Shown: piece after piece, positions 1 through 9,727 of the stretch
Position numbering within the stretch: the stretch's first letter is position 1
Layout of the letters: every line of letters starts with the position of its first letter
Origin: a virus
DNA: 64,000 bases
Direction: 5' to 3' (one strand)
Virus record (IMG/VR): IMGVR_UViG_3300007504_000006
Location: 1 to 64,000 of that record
Made by a program: the position numbers and the translations under genes
The notes under the pieces: model-generated
Told to the model about the DNA's origin: nothing
The model's input: only the letters and a program-made list of their open reading frames with translations
The model's database searches: none

Positions 1-117
1 GAAAAAGTATTTTCTAGAAGTATTAAAGTAAATTATCCAAAATGTCCAAGGTGTAAGTCAGAAGATCTTTATCCTACATCATTTTTTGGTCGAATTGTTA
101 AAGAAGAAAGGAAGTAA
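1..117 (+). CDS. 3' end of a small protein with a CxxC (possible zinc ribbon); 5'-truncated by the window
   Basis: Frame 1 is open from base 1: EKVFSRSIKVNYPKCPRCKSEDLYPTSFFGRIVKEERK, stop TAA at 115-117. Confidence 0.5.
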   Translation, partial: EKVFSRSIKVNYPKCPRCKSEDLYPTSFFGRIVKEERK

Positions 118-118
118 T

Positions 119-370
119 ATGAATGATTTTGAACGTGGTAAACGAGATGGCATGCGAGAAACACTTAATAAAGAACTAAAAAGTTCTGCAATGCGTATTG
201 CAATCCTTGAAGAAGATCTCGAAAGAGAGCGTAATAAGAAATGGAGTATTGTTCGCAAGTTAATCCTTGTTGAAATGGAAGGGTATGAAATTGATATGAT
301 TTTAGATGATAACGAAGAATTAACCCTTCATGATAAGATAGAACGAATCAAAGAAGGATTTACTGTATAA
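119..370 (+). CDS. hypothetical coiled-coil protein
   Basis: Track ORF 86..370; the ATG at 119 (MNDFERG) just after the upstream stop is the more likely start. Confidence 0.65.
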   Translation: MNDFERGKRDGMRETLNKELKSSAMRIAILEEDLERERNKKWSIVRKLILVEMEGYEIDMILDDNEELTLHDKIERIKEGFTV

Positions 371-373
371 ACA

Positions 374-381
374 GATAAATA
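374..381 (+). promoter_or_regulatory. T4-type late promoter-like box (GATAAATA)
   Basis: Matches TATAAATA at 7/8; intergenic, 25 nt upstream of ORF 407; a gp55 homolog is encoded in the window. Confidence 0.5.
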
Positions 382-406
382 ATTTTAAACAGTTTAGGAT
401 GTTTAA

Positions 407-1297
407 ATGAAAATTAATGAAGTATGCGAACGTATAAATGAAGTGGTAAACTTTAGTACAATGTCAGATGCTAAATTAAAAAGGTTTATTGCTAGTTTTG
501 GTTCTGGCGACGAACCGATGGGGCAAGTTGCAGGAATGCAATTAAAAGCCGCTAGAAAAGAAGCCAGGAAACGAGGAATATTAAATGAAGCATGTGATGC
601 AAATCAATGTGTAGTCCAAATGGGAACACAACGTGGTTTTAAATCAGGACAAGTAGATCCTAAACTTGTTGATGCTAGTGATGCTAGAGATGACGAGGTG
701 TACGATTGGGAAGGAACATTATCAGACAAGGATTTTGATACATATGATCGTACAAAAATGAAAACATATAGAGATACCGGTAGTAAATGGCAAGCTCATC
801 TAGCAGGAAAACGACAATTAAACAAACCTAAAACATTAATGCAAGCGGTCGGCGAAGCATCCCCTGATCTTCCTTCATCAAACTTTAAGCATACTGAAGA
901 ATTTAGTGTTGAGCACGGAAAAGAAATAGATTTTGCTAAATGGATTGCCCAGCAATTAGAAATAATGGGTGTTACACAAGAACAAGCAGAACGATTATAT
1001 AAAGCCTCAAAAGAAGGCGATTATAGTTGGGTTCATAGATTTGGGGCAAGTCCTAAACTTAAAGCACTTGTAGGTCATAATATTGGTACTGCGATGACAA
1101 GTAATGCAGTAGCAATTCACAATGGTATGGGTCTACATGCAGGTATATTAAAAATAAGTCCAAAACAAAATAGACCTCCATCACGCATTCCCGACGATTT
1201 ATTACCTGGTGGCCCTGACGACGACGAAGCAAGAGATCGTCGACGAGCTGCCGCATTTGGCCCTCCGGCCGATCCACGTGGAATTCAACCATATTAA
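407..1297 (+). CDS. hypothetical protein, possible internal head protein
   Basis: 296-aa ORF with an MKINEV N-terminus, internal INE/LNEA/VGEA motifs and a late-promoter-like box upstream. Confidence 0.6.
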   Translation: MKINEVCERINEVVNFSTMSDAKLKRFIASFGSGDEPMGQVAGMQLKAARKEARKRGILNEACDANQCVVQMGTQRGFKSGQVDPKLVDASDARDDEVYDWEGTLSDKDFDTYDRTKMKTYRDTGSKWQAHLAGKRQLNKPKTLMQAVGEASPDLPSSNFKHTEEFSVEHGKEIDFAKWIAQQLEIMGVTQEQAERLYKASKEGDYSWVHRFGASPKLKALVGHNIGTAMTSNAVAIHNGMGLHAGILKISPKQNRPPSRIPDDLLPGGPDDDEARDRRRAAAFGPPADPRGIQPY

Positions 1298-1300
1298 TAT

Positions 1301-1516
1301 ATGAAAAAACTTTTAGATCAACTACGAGTTGTTTTAGAAAAAAACGAAGCTCGCATCCACGAACTCGTAGGTAAATGTGACGAGCTAGAACACGAAAATG
1401 ATATTCTTCGTATTAGACTAGAAAACAAAGGACTTCATGTACCCACTAACTATACTAAATCAAGAAGGTACCATGACAATAGCAGAGCCCAAAGAGAGTT
1501 CGACTGTAATTTTTGA
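1301..1516 (+). CDS. hypothetical coiled-coil protein
   Basis: 71-aa ORF tightly packed after ORF 407; heptad pattern. Confidence 0.6.
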   Translation: MKKLLDQLRVVLEKNEARIHELVGKCDELEHENDILRIRLENKGLHVPTNYTKSRRYHDNSRAQREFDCNF

Positions 1517-1865
1517 TTGGGCAAATAAATGGCATAGAGCATTTAAAAAAATAGAACATCATGGACCAGAATTTACAACTATTCGAGTTTATAAAAATGT
1601 AGTTTGTAGAGACGGTTTTACATTTTCCCTCCAAGCAGGTCCTTCACATTATTCCGAACCAAAAGCAGTAGCGAACGAATACGAAGCGTGGGAAATAGGA
1701 TTTCCTTCTGACGAAGAACCGTTATGGATGGAATGGCAAGAGCCAGGTAATGAACCAACTGAAAGTGTATATGGTTGGGTACCTAATAATGTTGTTAATG
1801 CAGTAATTCAAAGACATGGTGGTATAGATGAAAGAGAGTTTATTACAGCCAAGCTCTTAAAATAA
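1473..1865 (+). CDS. phage hypothetical protein
   Basis: Track ORF 1437..1865; the ATG at 1473 has GAAGG upstream; motif-like segments CRDGFTFSLQA, EIGFPS, VYGWVP, HGGI. Confidence 0.7.
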   Translation: MTIAEPKESSTVIFDWANKWHRAFKKIEHHGPEFTTIRVYKNVVCRDGFTFSLQAGPSHYSEPKAVANEYEAWEIGFPSDEEPLWMEWQEPGNEPTESVYGWVPNNVVNAVIQRHGGIDEREFITAKLLK

Positions 1866-1868
1866 ATA
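1861..1868 (+). promoter_or_regulatory. late promoter-like box (AATAAATA), 5 nt before an ATG
   Basis: AATAAATA-cattt-ATG(1874). Confidence 0.45.
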
Positions 1869-1873
1869 CATTT

Positions 1874-2038
1874 ATGACAGGACCACATATTGAAGATCAT
1901 TTAACAGAAACCGCTGAAGTAGAACAAGAGCGTGATTATTATAGAGAACAATATGAGGCCGTGCAAAAAGAACTTGAGGTAGTAAAAAAAGAACTATACC
2001 AAATTAAAAAAATTTATTTTAAAGATGGTCATTTTTAA
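1874..2038 (+). CDS. small coiled-coil hypothetical protein (54 aa, not in the ORF track)
   Basis: MTGPHIEDHLTETAEVEQERDYYREQYEAVQKELEVVKKELYQIKKIYFKDGHF*; fills the gap before prs. Confidence 0.65.
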   Translation: MTGPHIEDHLTETAEVEQERDYYREQYEAVQKELEVVKKELYQIKKIYFKDGHF

Positions 2039-2052
2039 TTCAGAAACTATTT

Positions 2053-2979
2053 ATGAAACTGATTACAGGTAACGCAAATACAAAACTTGCTACTGATATT
2101 GCTAATATTGCCGGCGTTGAATTATGCGAAACTCTAGTAACTAGATTCGCCGACAATGAAATATGGGTAGAAATAAAAGACAACATTCGTGGTGAAGATG
2201 TTTTCCTCATCCAAAGCACATGCAATCCCGCCAACGACAACTTAATGGAATTATTAATAATGGTTGATGCTTGTAAAAGAGCAAGTGCAGGTCGAATTAC
2301 GGCTGTAATACCTTATTATGGTTATGCTAGACAAGATAGAAAACCAGCAGGACGATCACCTATTAGTGCCAAACTTGTTGCTAATATGTTAGAAGCGGCA
2401 GGGGTAGATCGTATGCTAACTATGGATTTACATGCAGGTCAAATTCAAGGTTTTTTTGATATTCCTGTAGATAATCTATATGCCCAACCATTATTTGTTG
2501 AAGACTTATTATCAAGCCCAATGATTAGTGCTGGTAATGCAATAATAGTTTCACCAGATGCAGGCGGAGTTCCCAGAGCAAGAGCAATAGCAAAAAAATT
2601 AAATCTAGATATTGCAATTATAGATAAAAGACGAGATAGGGCTAATGAGTCCGAAGCAATGAACGTCATAGGAGACGTAAAGGGGAAGCAATGCATCATC
2701 GTCGACGACATAATAGATACAGGTGGGACATTAGTAAAAGCCGCACAGGCATTAATAAGCGAAGGCGCCGAAGAAGTGGAAGCATATATAACACACGGTG
2801 TATTAAGCAAAGGCGGAGCGAAGAGGATGGAAAAATCAGCTCTGAATAGATTAGTAATAACTGATACTATTCCTGCACCTGAAAATAAAGTACTAAAAGT
2901 CATTTCAGTTGCGAATATATTTACTGAAGCAATTCGCAGAGTACATCATGATGAATCAATATCAGTATTATTTGAATAA
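2053..2979 (+). CDS. prs: ribose-phosphate pyrophosphokinase (class I PRPP synthetase)
   Basis: Hallmark motifs RFADxE, NDNLMEL, PYYGYARQDRK, DLHAGQIQGFF, VSPDAGG and the PRPP loop VDDIIDTGGT. Confidence 0.96.
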   Translation: MKLITGNANTKLATDIANIAGVELCETLVTRFADNEIWVEIKDNIRGEDVFLIQSTCNPANDNLMELLIMVDACKRASAGRITAVIPYYGYARQDRKPAGRSPISAKLVANMLEAAGVDRMLTMDLHAGQIQGFFDIPVDNLYAQPLFVEDLLSSPMISAGNAIIVSPDAGGVPRARAIAKKLNLDIAIIDKRRDRANESEAMNVIGDVKGKQCIIVDDIIDTGGTLVKAAQALISEGAEEVEAYITHGVLSKGGAKRMEKSALNRLVITDTIPAPENKVLKVISVANIFTEAIRRVHHDESISVLFE

Positions 2980-3485
2980 TGGTTATAGATAATTTTTTAG
3001 ATATCGAATCTTTTCGTGAGATTCAAACAATATTATTAAGTGAAGAACCCCACTGGCACTACCAAGATTTTTTGGGTGTATCGACGGACCAAACTAATCA
3101 GTTTTATTTTAGCCATGGCTTCTATGAAGGGTACACATGGATATCACCATTGGCCAGAGTATTAGAGCCATTATTAGAAAAAATTAAACCTATTTGTATT
3201 CTTAATATAAGGGCAAATCTTGTAACTAGAACAAGCGAAATAATAGAAGCCAGTCTTCATTCAGATCTAAAAGGTGTTATATCAGATGAACATAAATTAA
3301 AACAATGGACTACATCAGTATTTTATATAAACGATACTAAAGGTTATACAAAACTTTCAGATGGAACGAAGATTGAATGCAAAGCAAATAGATTATTAAC
3401 TATGTCAAGTGATACTGAACATCTAGGAGCAACATGCACAGATCAAAAACGAAGGGTAATTATAAATTTAAATTATTTTAAATAG
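2979..3485 (+). CDS. 2OG-Fe(II) oxygenase family protein
   Basis: HxD (LHSD), distal His (TEHLG), C-terminal RVIINLNY; TSVFYIN..GYT strand. Confidence 0.8.
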   Translation: MVIDNFLDIESFREIQTILLSEEPHWHYQDFLGVSTDQTNQFYFSHGFYEGYTWISPLARVLEPLLEKIKPICILNIRANLVTRTSEIIEASLHSDLKGVISDEHKLKQWTTSVFYINDTKGYTKLSDGTKIECKANRLLTMSSDTEHLGATCTDQKRRVIINLNYFK

Positions 3486-3486
3486 A

Positions 3487-4098
3487 ATGTACGATTACGA
3501 AGCGTGGGTAAAGTGTCATCCAGATGATTTATGGATATTCGACAAACTCATTCTTGCCAAAAAATTAGGATATTTATGCGGACCAGCAGATGTAGCAGTA
3601 CCAAAATCAGATAATTATATAGTTAGACCTTGTGTTAACCTTGCAGGTATGGGCATAGGTGCAGAATTGCGTTTTTTAGAAAAAGGAAGATGGGATTTAG
3701 AACCAGGTTATTTTTGGTGCAAACCTTTTAAAGGTAGACATTTAAGTGTTGATTATGCAATAGATCCTAGCTCACGTACAATAGAACAAGGCGAAACCAT
3801 TGAAGGTTTTAGAAGCCCTGCAAATCCATTATGGAAATTTGATAAATGGATTCGTGTTAAAGATAAATTAAAAATTAACTTCATGTTAACAAAGCTCAAA
3901 GGTTCCTACGAGCATATAAATTGTGAATTTATAGGTGGTAAACTTATAGAAATGCATTTACGACACAATACAGAAATGGGCGATTATAATGAGATAATCC
4001 CTGTATGGGAAGACGAACTTGCTTCCACGACTCCTCCTGACGGATACACCTATGTCGAAGATAAAGATTACAATAGACTCGGTTTTTTCAAACGTTAA
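3487..4098 (+). CDS. phage protein with ATP-grasp-like features
   Basis: DKLIL, YIVRP..N..GMG.GA, F.GRHLSVDY and INCEFIGGKLIEMHLR resemble ATP-grasp motifs. Confidence 0.55.
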   Translation: MYDYEAWVKCHPDDLWIFDKLILAKKLGYLCGPADVAVPKSDNYIVRPCVNLAGMGIGAELRFLEKGRWDLEPGYFWCKPFKGRHLSVDYAIDPSSRTIEQGETIEGFRSPANPLWKFDKWIRVKDKLKINFMLTKLKGSYEHINCEFIGGKLIEMHLRHNTEMGDYNEIIPVWEDELASTTPPDGYTYVEDKDYNRLGFFKR

Positions 4099-4360
4099 AG
4101 AATACTTCAAAGAAAGTTACAGACTAAGCCCGCTGGCATTTTATTGTGAAATAGGCGAAGCAACTCTTGTTTGCGGTGCCAGTGCAATATTAACATATAC
4201 TGTATTAGATCCTGCTACTAAAATATTCATACCTATGATGTTTGTAGGCAGTATTTTAGGTGTTATTAGTACATTTAATCGTAAAGCGGCTTTTGCAATT
4301 TTTCTTACTAGTTGGTTTGTAGTAATGAATTCTATTGCATTAATTAAACTTTTTGGTTGA
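4052..4360 (+). CDS. small membrane protein (about 3 TM)
   Basis: Hydrophobic segments in track ORF 4019..4360; ATG at 4052 chosen as start. Confidence 0.65.
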   Translation: MSKIKITIDSVFSNVKEYFKESYRLSPLAFYCEIGEATLVCGASAILTYTVLDPATKIFIPMMFVGSILGVISTFNRKAAFAIFLTSWFVVMNSIALIKLFG

Positions 4361-4384
4361 CAAATATCTTAAAGATAGTATAAT
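4357..4384 (+). promoter_or_regulatory. sigma70-type (early) promoter
   Basis: TTGACA (4357-4362), 16-nt spacer, TATAAT (4379-4384); both hexamers are consensus. Confidence 0.75.
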
Positions 4385-4417
4385 ATATGTATTAGTTAAA
4401 CTTTATTGGAGTTCTCA

Positions 4418-4675
4418 ATGAACGATAATGAATGGGATTTTGTACATGAAGATGTGGCTCTAGAAAATATTAATTTATTTGATATGGAACCACAACAAAA
4501 GTTTAACGATACACATTGCTTGGCACATATTATGTGTTGGGCAGGTGCGTTTCCTAGTGTTTCTCAGGCTAGGAAGAACGGATGGGATCGTCCTGTCCCT
4601 TTTGGGTTTTCTGAATTTAAAGTAGGTAAACGCAAAAGATGTATTTTCATCCTTAATCGAATAGGAGAAAAATGA
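4418..4675 (+). CDS. small S4-like RNA-binding domain protein
   Basis: AGAFPSVSQARKNG...KVGKRK resembles the S4 domain at the C-terminus of TyrRS; GGAG RBS before the ATG at 4418. Confidence 0.55.
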   Translation: MNDNEWDFVHEDVALENINLFDMEPQQKFNDTHCLAHIMCWAGAFPSVSQARKNGWDRPVPFGFSEFKVGKRKRCIFILNRIGEK

Positions 4676-5280
4676 GGTATTTTTATTTGGTGCTTGTAGC
4701 ACTTTTAACTGTTGGTTGTTCCAGCAAACAAGAATTGGTTAAAGAGGCCCTTAATAGTGTAGGTGATCGCCCTGGTTGGGTTATGGTACCACCTGGTCCA
4801 GAGGGTAACCAACTTTACTTTGTAGGTACAAGTGCTTTGTATGGCACTGAAAAACATGCCCGCAGAGATGCAAAGCGGGATGCAATCCGGGAAATGTCAG
4901 AATACGTTCGTGTTCTTAATAAGAACAAATTTGAACGAGCGAGTGTTACATATGGCATGGATAGTTTTGTAGTTATGCCTACTGTAAGTGAGCGTAACTT
5001 TGAAAAAATTATGAGTGCATCTACTGCAAACTTTTTGCGTGTACAAGAGATGTACTTTGAACGTGAAGCAGATGCCGCAGGTGTTCCCGGCTACAAATAC
5101 TTTGTACTAACTGGTATTAGCAAAACTGATCTTGAAACAGCATTGCAATCAAATGCAAAAGCCAATGCTGAAGATGCCCAAAAAGCAATGGGGCTTGCTA
5201 GTACTGAAGCGGCAAAGGCACAATGGAAAAATGCCCGTGATTTTTGGAAAGAACTTGCTGAAGATGGCTTTGTACGATGA
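4672..5280 (+). CDS. lipoprotein, LPP20-like
   Basis: Signal peptide with lipobox LTVG|C; RPGWV, YFVGTS, ARRDAKRDA. Confidence 0.7.
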   Translation: MRYFYLVLVALLTVGCSSKQELVKEALNSVGDRPGWVMVPPGPEGNQLYFVGTSALYGTEKHARRDAKRDAIREMSEYVRVLNKNKFERASVTYGMDSFVVMPTVSERNFEKIMSASTANFLRVQEMYFEREADAAGVPGYKYFVLTGISKTDLETALQSNAKANAEDAQKAMGLASTEAAKAQWKNARDFWKELAEDGFVR

Positions 5281-6206
5281 ACAAACTATTCGCAATCCTA
5301 CTAGGGGCCTCCCTAGTAGGTTGTGCCTCAACGGCACACAAGCAACCAGTTTTAATATCAGACGATTCTAAACCTAGTTGGGTTGAAGAATACGAATTAG
5401 AAGATTCCACTCACCTGTTTTTTACAGGTATATCCACAAAATATGCAGAAGAACGCAAGGCACTCAAAGACGCCAAATATGATGCTTTGTCTAAATTTTT
5501 AGACTATTGTGGTTTGCATACTAAATTGCATGAAAAGTATATTTCACAAGTAGATGGAAATACTGCAAATGTATTAACAGCCACAAATAAAATAGAAACA
5601 CGCCTAGAAACAAATTCTGAAGCACAAGTAGGACAATTCCGTATTGTTAAAAAATACATGGAAGTATATAATGGTACTAGAGGTAAATTCTATAAAATGT
5701 ATGTATTTGCTAGTGTACCAAAAACTGAAGTTGCTTTAGTTAAAGCATGGAAAAAAGAAAACGATCTACAAAAAATTACCAAACTTAAATCGATTAATAG
5801 TGAGCAATCTGAAATAATAGTACAAACAAGTGAAGAGCTCAATGCGGTACAAAAACAGCTCGAACAATTAACATTTTTAAAAGAACGTGTTTCTGTACTA
5901 TCTATTGAAAATACCGAGCTCATAACTGAAAACAAACAGTTAAAGGAAACATTTCATAAGGACAAGGAAACAATAGAACATCTAACTGTTAGAGTAGATA
6001 AATTAACAAAAGTTAATAAAATATTAAAAGATGATAATGACGATGTTCAAGTTATAAGAAAAAATCTTATAGATGCTTTAAAAACTGCTGAATACATGAC
6101 ACATGAAGCAGAGCATTGGAGAGAAAAATATTATAATAAAGGGCCAGGGGAAGCTCTTGCAGAATTGCTTGGTGTGAAAGAAAGGCCTGTAATAGTTATA
6201 GATTAA
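5277..6206 (+). CDS. lipoprotein, LPP20-like domain plus C-terminal coiled coil
   Basis: Lipobox LVG|C; KPSWV, FFTGIS, ALKDAKYDA (paralogous to the upstream gene); long heptad region. Confidence 0.7.
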   Translation: MNKLFAILLGASLVGCASTAHKQPVLISDDSKPSWVEEYELEDSTHLFFTGISTKYAEERKALKDAKYDALSKFLDYCGLHTKLHEKYISQVDGNTANVLTATNKIETRLETNSEAQVGQFRIVKKYMEVYNGTRGKFYKMYVFASVPKTEVALVKAWKKENDLQKITKLKSINSEQSEIIVQTSEELNAVQKQLEQLTFLKERVSVLSIENTELITENKQLKETFHKDKETIEHLTVRVDKLTKVNKILKDDNDDVQVIRKNLIDALKTAEYMTHEAEHWREKYYNKGPGEALAELLGVKERPVIVID

Positions 6207-6487
6207 ACTTCAGTTAATGCTAATTTATATTGTTTACCAGTTTTTTTATTAATTACAAATATATCATTCTCGCCTTCTTGGATCACCCAAGAACCTTTAG
6301 TCCCGTCTACATCATTTCCTGAACGATTAGGTTTATCATTAGACATAATCACGTCAGCAGTACTAAGATCGTTGCACGTTATATCTTCAAACTCAACATT
6401 GTCACCTGGACCTAATCCTTGGGCTACTTGACCTACAACATTATCATCAAAAACTCTTGTAGTTCCAATATAAAGTTTCTTTGCCAT
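6203..6487 (-). CDS. small protein that is essentially a stand-alone copy of the C-terminal domain of the 13167..16436 fibre
   Basis: DITCNDLSTADVIMSNDKPNRSGNDVDGTKGSWVIQEGE versus DITCNDISTADLIMSNDKPDRSGNEVDGTKGSWVMQEGE. Confidence 0.75.
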   Translation of the reverse strand: MAKKLYIGTTRVFDDNVVGQVAQGLGPGDNVEFEDITCNDLSTADVIMSNDKPNRSGNDVDGTKGSWVIQEGENDIFVINKKTGKQYKLALTEV

Positions 6488-6508
6488 TATTTTTTTCCTA
6501 TAAAATAT

Positions 6509-7378
6509 TTAGCGAATAAGAAGAAAAGAAACTGCAATAATAACTGAGCAAAGAAAAACAACAAAAGTATAATATGTTACTAAGGGAGTTTTAAAATACA
6601 TTTTACCTATAATGAAACATTTATGAACAGGACTTAGCATATAGCCTGCATAATCTATAGCGAAAAACATAGGAAGGTATTGAACACCGAATATACTTGT
6701 AAGAATAGCAGTAAATGCCGCAAACCTTGCAGAAGATCCTAATAAAAAACTACCAGCAAATCCTATCCAAGCACCTGTTACAAGTGACCAATCATTATTT
6801 TCAATATATGCTTTAATTTCATTTGTATAAGATTTAATATAATTACCTAAAACAATAACCAAAAATAATGCTATTAATAGTTTCCAATTAACCCATTCTA
6901 CTGTAACTTCTTTTTGTTTAGGATTAATCCAGATTACATCTTGTTCTTTTAAAAAATAAAATACTAAAAACAATGGAAGAACTATAGCAATCATTGCAAG
7001 AGGCCCCATCACATACATAAATTCTACATATGTTAACCCTAAAACTGCCATAGGTATAATAACAGATTTTTCAAACGGAGACCACAAGTAATAATGATGT
7101 GTACTAAGATAATCTATAATGCCATACCATTTGCGTCTAGAATCTTTAGGTGCCATTGTATCTAAAATACCAGCAGATACAGATACCCTTCCAGGTATAG
7201 GTAGCACACCACATAAAGCACTAACTATAACAACAAATAATCTATTTGATTTTATATATTTGCTTAGAAGATTTAGCACAGGATATATATACCCATTGCG
7301 TTGCACATACGCAGATGTAACCATAATGCCTGCAAGGTACAATACGTACCATTGATTATTAAATATTATTTCTAGCAT
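6509..7378 (-). CDS. multi-pass membrane protein, ion-transporter superfamily/DUF401-like
   Basis: Many TM segments; GVLPIPGR, STHHYYLWSP, GYMLSPVHKC; start moved to MLEIIFNN (7378) to reduce overlap. Confidence 0.6.
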   Translation of the reverse strand: MLEIIFNNQWYVLYLAGIMVTSAYVQRNGYIYPVLNLLSKYIKSNRLFVVIVSALCGVLPIPGRVSVSAGILDTMAPKDSRRKWYGIIDYLSTHHYYLWSPFEKSVIIPMAVLGLTYVEFMYVMGPLAMIAIVLPLFLVFYFLKEQDVIWINPKQKEVTVEWVNWKLLIALFLVIVLGNYIKSYTNEIKAYIENNDWSLVTGAWIGFAGSFLLGSSARFAAFTAILTSIFGVQYLPMFFAIDYAGYMLSPVHKCFIIGKMYFKTPLVTYYTFVVFLCSVIIAVSFLLIR

Positions 7379-8087
7379 CAGTTTTTTCATGTGGGATATG
7401 GGTGTATTCCCACTTAAATTTCTCGGCGTCCCATTCGCTTTCAGTTCCTTTATTAACAACAATATTCATTACAAATGTTAATCTTTTTTCATTTTCCTGG
7501 AATGGATATACTTGATGCAATAAATCAAAATCATAAATCATACCAAAATTTTTCTGTGGTATTATATTCATTAATTCTTGATCTTTTATTATAACATGAC
7601 ATCCCTTATAAGATGCATTATTGGTGATCTCTTGGGTTTTCATATTAAAAAATCGTGATTTCAAATTTCGACCGAATGAGGTTTCTAAAGCAGAATCAAA
7701 ATCATTAAGAAAATATATAAAATTAAAATCATTTGCTTCGTGTATGTGAAGAGGATTAAATTCATTTTTCCTCATTACATTTAGCCATGATGATCGAATT
7801 AGTACATCATTCTTTTCAATTTTTTTAAACTTGCCCATTCTATTATTCAAATCGTGTTCTATATGAGCATGTATAATTTGATTAAACGTGTCTAAATAAA
7901 ATTCATCTAATACCCCATGATTAATAATATATTCATTTTCTATTTCTCCTACCAACATATTATTAGCCTTGGCACCACTTTGATTTATCATAGAAAGAAG
8001 AGAATTACTAAAATTATCAGTAAACGAATCGGTCGCTTCAAAAAAAGTTAAAATTTTATCTTGAAAAGTTTTATGAAATATTTTCAT
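7359..8087 (-). CDS. 2OG-Fe(II) oxygenase-like protein (HxH type)
   Basis: SWLN...EFNPLHIH, LLHQVYPF, RLTFVMN. Confidence 0.75.
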   Translation of the reverse strand: MKIFHKTFQDKILTFFEATDSFTDNFSNSLLSMINQSGAKANNMLVGEIENEYIINHGVLDEFYLDTFNQIIHAHIEHDLNNRMGKFKKIEKNDVLIRSSWLNVMRKNEFNPLHIHEANDFNFIYFLNDFDSALETSFGRNLKSRFFNMKTQEITNNASYKGCHVIIKDQELMNIIPQKNFGMIYDFDLLHQVYPFQENEKRLTFVMNIVVNKGTESEWDAEKFKWEYTHIPHEKTDARNNI

Positions 8088-9727
8088 TTTTTAATTACCG
8101 TAACGTATATACCATTCCACCATTGTGTAGGATTTTCTATTGTGTTTAATACTTTTTTATGAAAAATAAGCTCATGATCTATTTGTTCTAATCCTTTCAT
8201 TGCTCCTATAACAACATTAGGAAAATTTGCGTCATCAAAAATACAAATACATTCGTCTGCAAAACAATCTTTATAATACATTATTGCTTTTTCTATTGTT
8301 TCACTTTCGTGTGGCCCATCGTAAAAAAACAAATCAATATTTTTAATGTCTTTTAAATTTGTATCAAATAAATCACATTCATATGCTGTTACAGAATTAT
8401 TCCCCTTAAACTGTTTTACATTTTTAATAAATTCTTCTTTAGAATTAGGAGGTAAAATTAATTCTTGTGTTAATGGTTGTAAATCTTCTTTCCATGTATC
8501 TACACAAAATGCATTAATATTATTATCTTTCAATACTGCACATGTGCTTAATCCTAAATACGATCCAATTTCTAAATAATTTGTAGAAATACTACCTAAA
8601 CTATTAAGTAAATTAACAATTTTTTGAGAAGATAATCCGTCAATCTCTACTATGATATCCTTATTAACAGAATCTACCAATTCTTTTGTTACATATTTTA
8701 TTTTATCATTACCTTTTATTACACTTTTTTTGTCATACACTTTATCACAATAATGACAATCCCAACATTCAAACTTACAAGTTTTTATTTTTTCACGCCA
8801 TATGTTTATAGGAGCATCTACTAAATTTGTTTCATCTATAAATTCATTAAATGTATCAAATAATATTTCCTTATCTTCGGCATAATTTTTTATAATATGC
8901 ATGGTTTCATTTAATCTAGAAGTATTTTCTCTTCCATGCATTTTAATAACATCAACATATTCTAATAATTCATCCCAATCTTCTTTCCATGGAGGAAAGT
9001 TAGCGGATTTTAAAGGAACAGCCATATCTTCTTGGTCCCATTTATCACACGATACTCTAGACATAGGATCATTAAAATACTGAGCTTCGTTTGTTCTAGA
9101 ATTATTAAATTCATAATGTTCATCCATCATAGGACAATTACCTATGCATCCTTCGTTTGCTAACAATGATAACTTGACTCCAGCATGTTCTTTAGCACGT
9201 TTCATATCTTTTAATTTGTCATGGTCTCGCATTAGATCACGATCTAAATTAACATAGTTAAATCCTGCTTCACCTAAAGCAACTACTTCTCGTGGTTCGG
9301 TTACATTCCGTAATATTGTGTTTTTAATTTCTAATTCAGGAAATGCTGATTGTATTTGTTTTGTTGCAACCCAATGAGTATGTGGAATCGTTGCACTTCG
9401 AACAACTCCGGTATCATAAAGTTGTTTAAAATTTTGTAAAAATAAATCTAAATTATTTTGTGATGGTCGAACTAAAGTATTATTAAATGTTGCAGAAAGT
9501 TGAATACCTGTATCTTTTGATACGTTTATAGCATTGTCTAATATAGATAAATGATCTGGTGGACCATTAAACACATCGCCCATTGCATCTTGAACAAAAG
9601 GTGGCATTCTACTAGTAAAATAAAGATCATATATATAATCTTTATAGGTATGTAAAAAGCCTAAAAAATCATTAAATTGTGGTTCCGTCAATTTTGGATT
9701 GATCGGTATGCTGAATATTTTCTTCAT
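8084..9727 (-). CDS. U32-peptidase-like (putative Fe-S) domain fused to a class I SAM methyltransferase (Methyltransf_24-like)
   Basis: N-terminal LDRDL, ANEGCIGNC...H...C, KMHGR and CKFECWDCHYC; C-terminal YLEIGSYLGLST, CVDTW, DLFFYDGPH, CIFDD. Confidence 0.7.
   Translation of the reverse strand: MKKIFSIPINPKLTEPQFNDFLGFLHTYKDYIYDLYFTSRMPPFVQDAMGDVFNGPPDHLSILDNAINVSKDTGIQLSATFNNTLVRPSQNNLDLFLQNFKQLYDTGVVRSATIPHTHWVATKQIQSAFPELEIKNTILRNVTEPREVVALGEAGFNYVNLDRDLMRDHDKLKDMKRAKEHAGVKLSLLANEGCIGNCPMMDEHYEFNNSRTNEAQYFNDPMSRVSCDKWDQEDMAVPLKSANFPPWKEDWDELLEYVDVIKMHGRENTSRLNETMHIIKNYAEDKEILFDTFNEFIDETNLVDAPINIWREKIKTCKFECWDCHYCDKVYDKKSVIKGNDKIKYVTKELVDSVNKDIIVEIDGLSSQKIVNLLNSLGSISTNYLEIGSYLGLSTCAVLKDNNINAFCVDTWKEDLQPLTQELILPPNSKEEFIKNVKQFKGNNSVTAYECDLFDTNLKDIKNIDLFFYDGPHESETIEKAIMYYKDCFADECICIFDDANFPNVVIGAMKGLEQIDHELIFHKKVLNTIENPTQWWNGIYVTVIKK

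Noticed and set aside
2053-2979. NARP1-type NAD reconstitution (Adps/Namat) anti-defence pathway
   Set aside because: The Prs looks canonical and no Nampt-like neighbour is present in the window.
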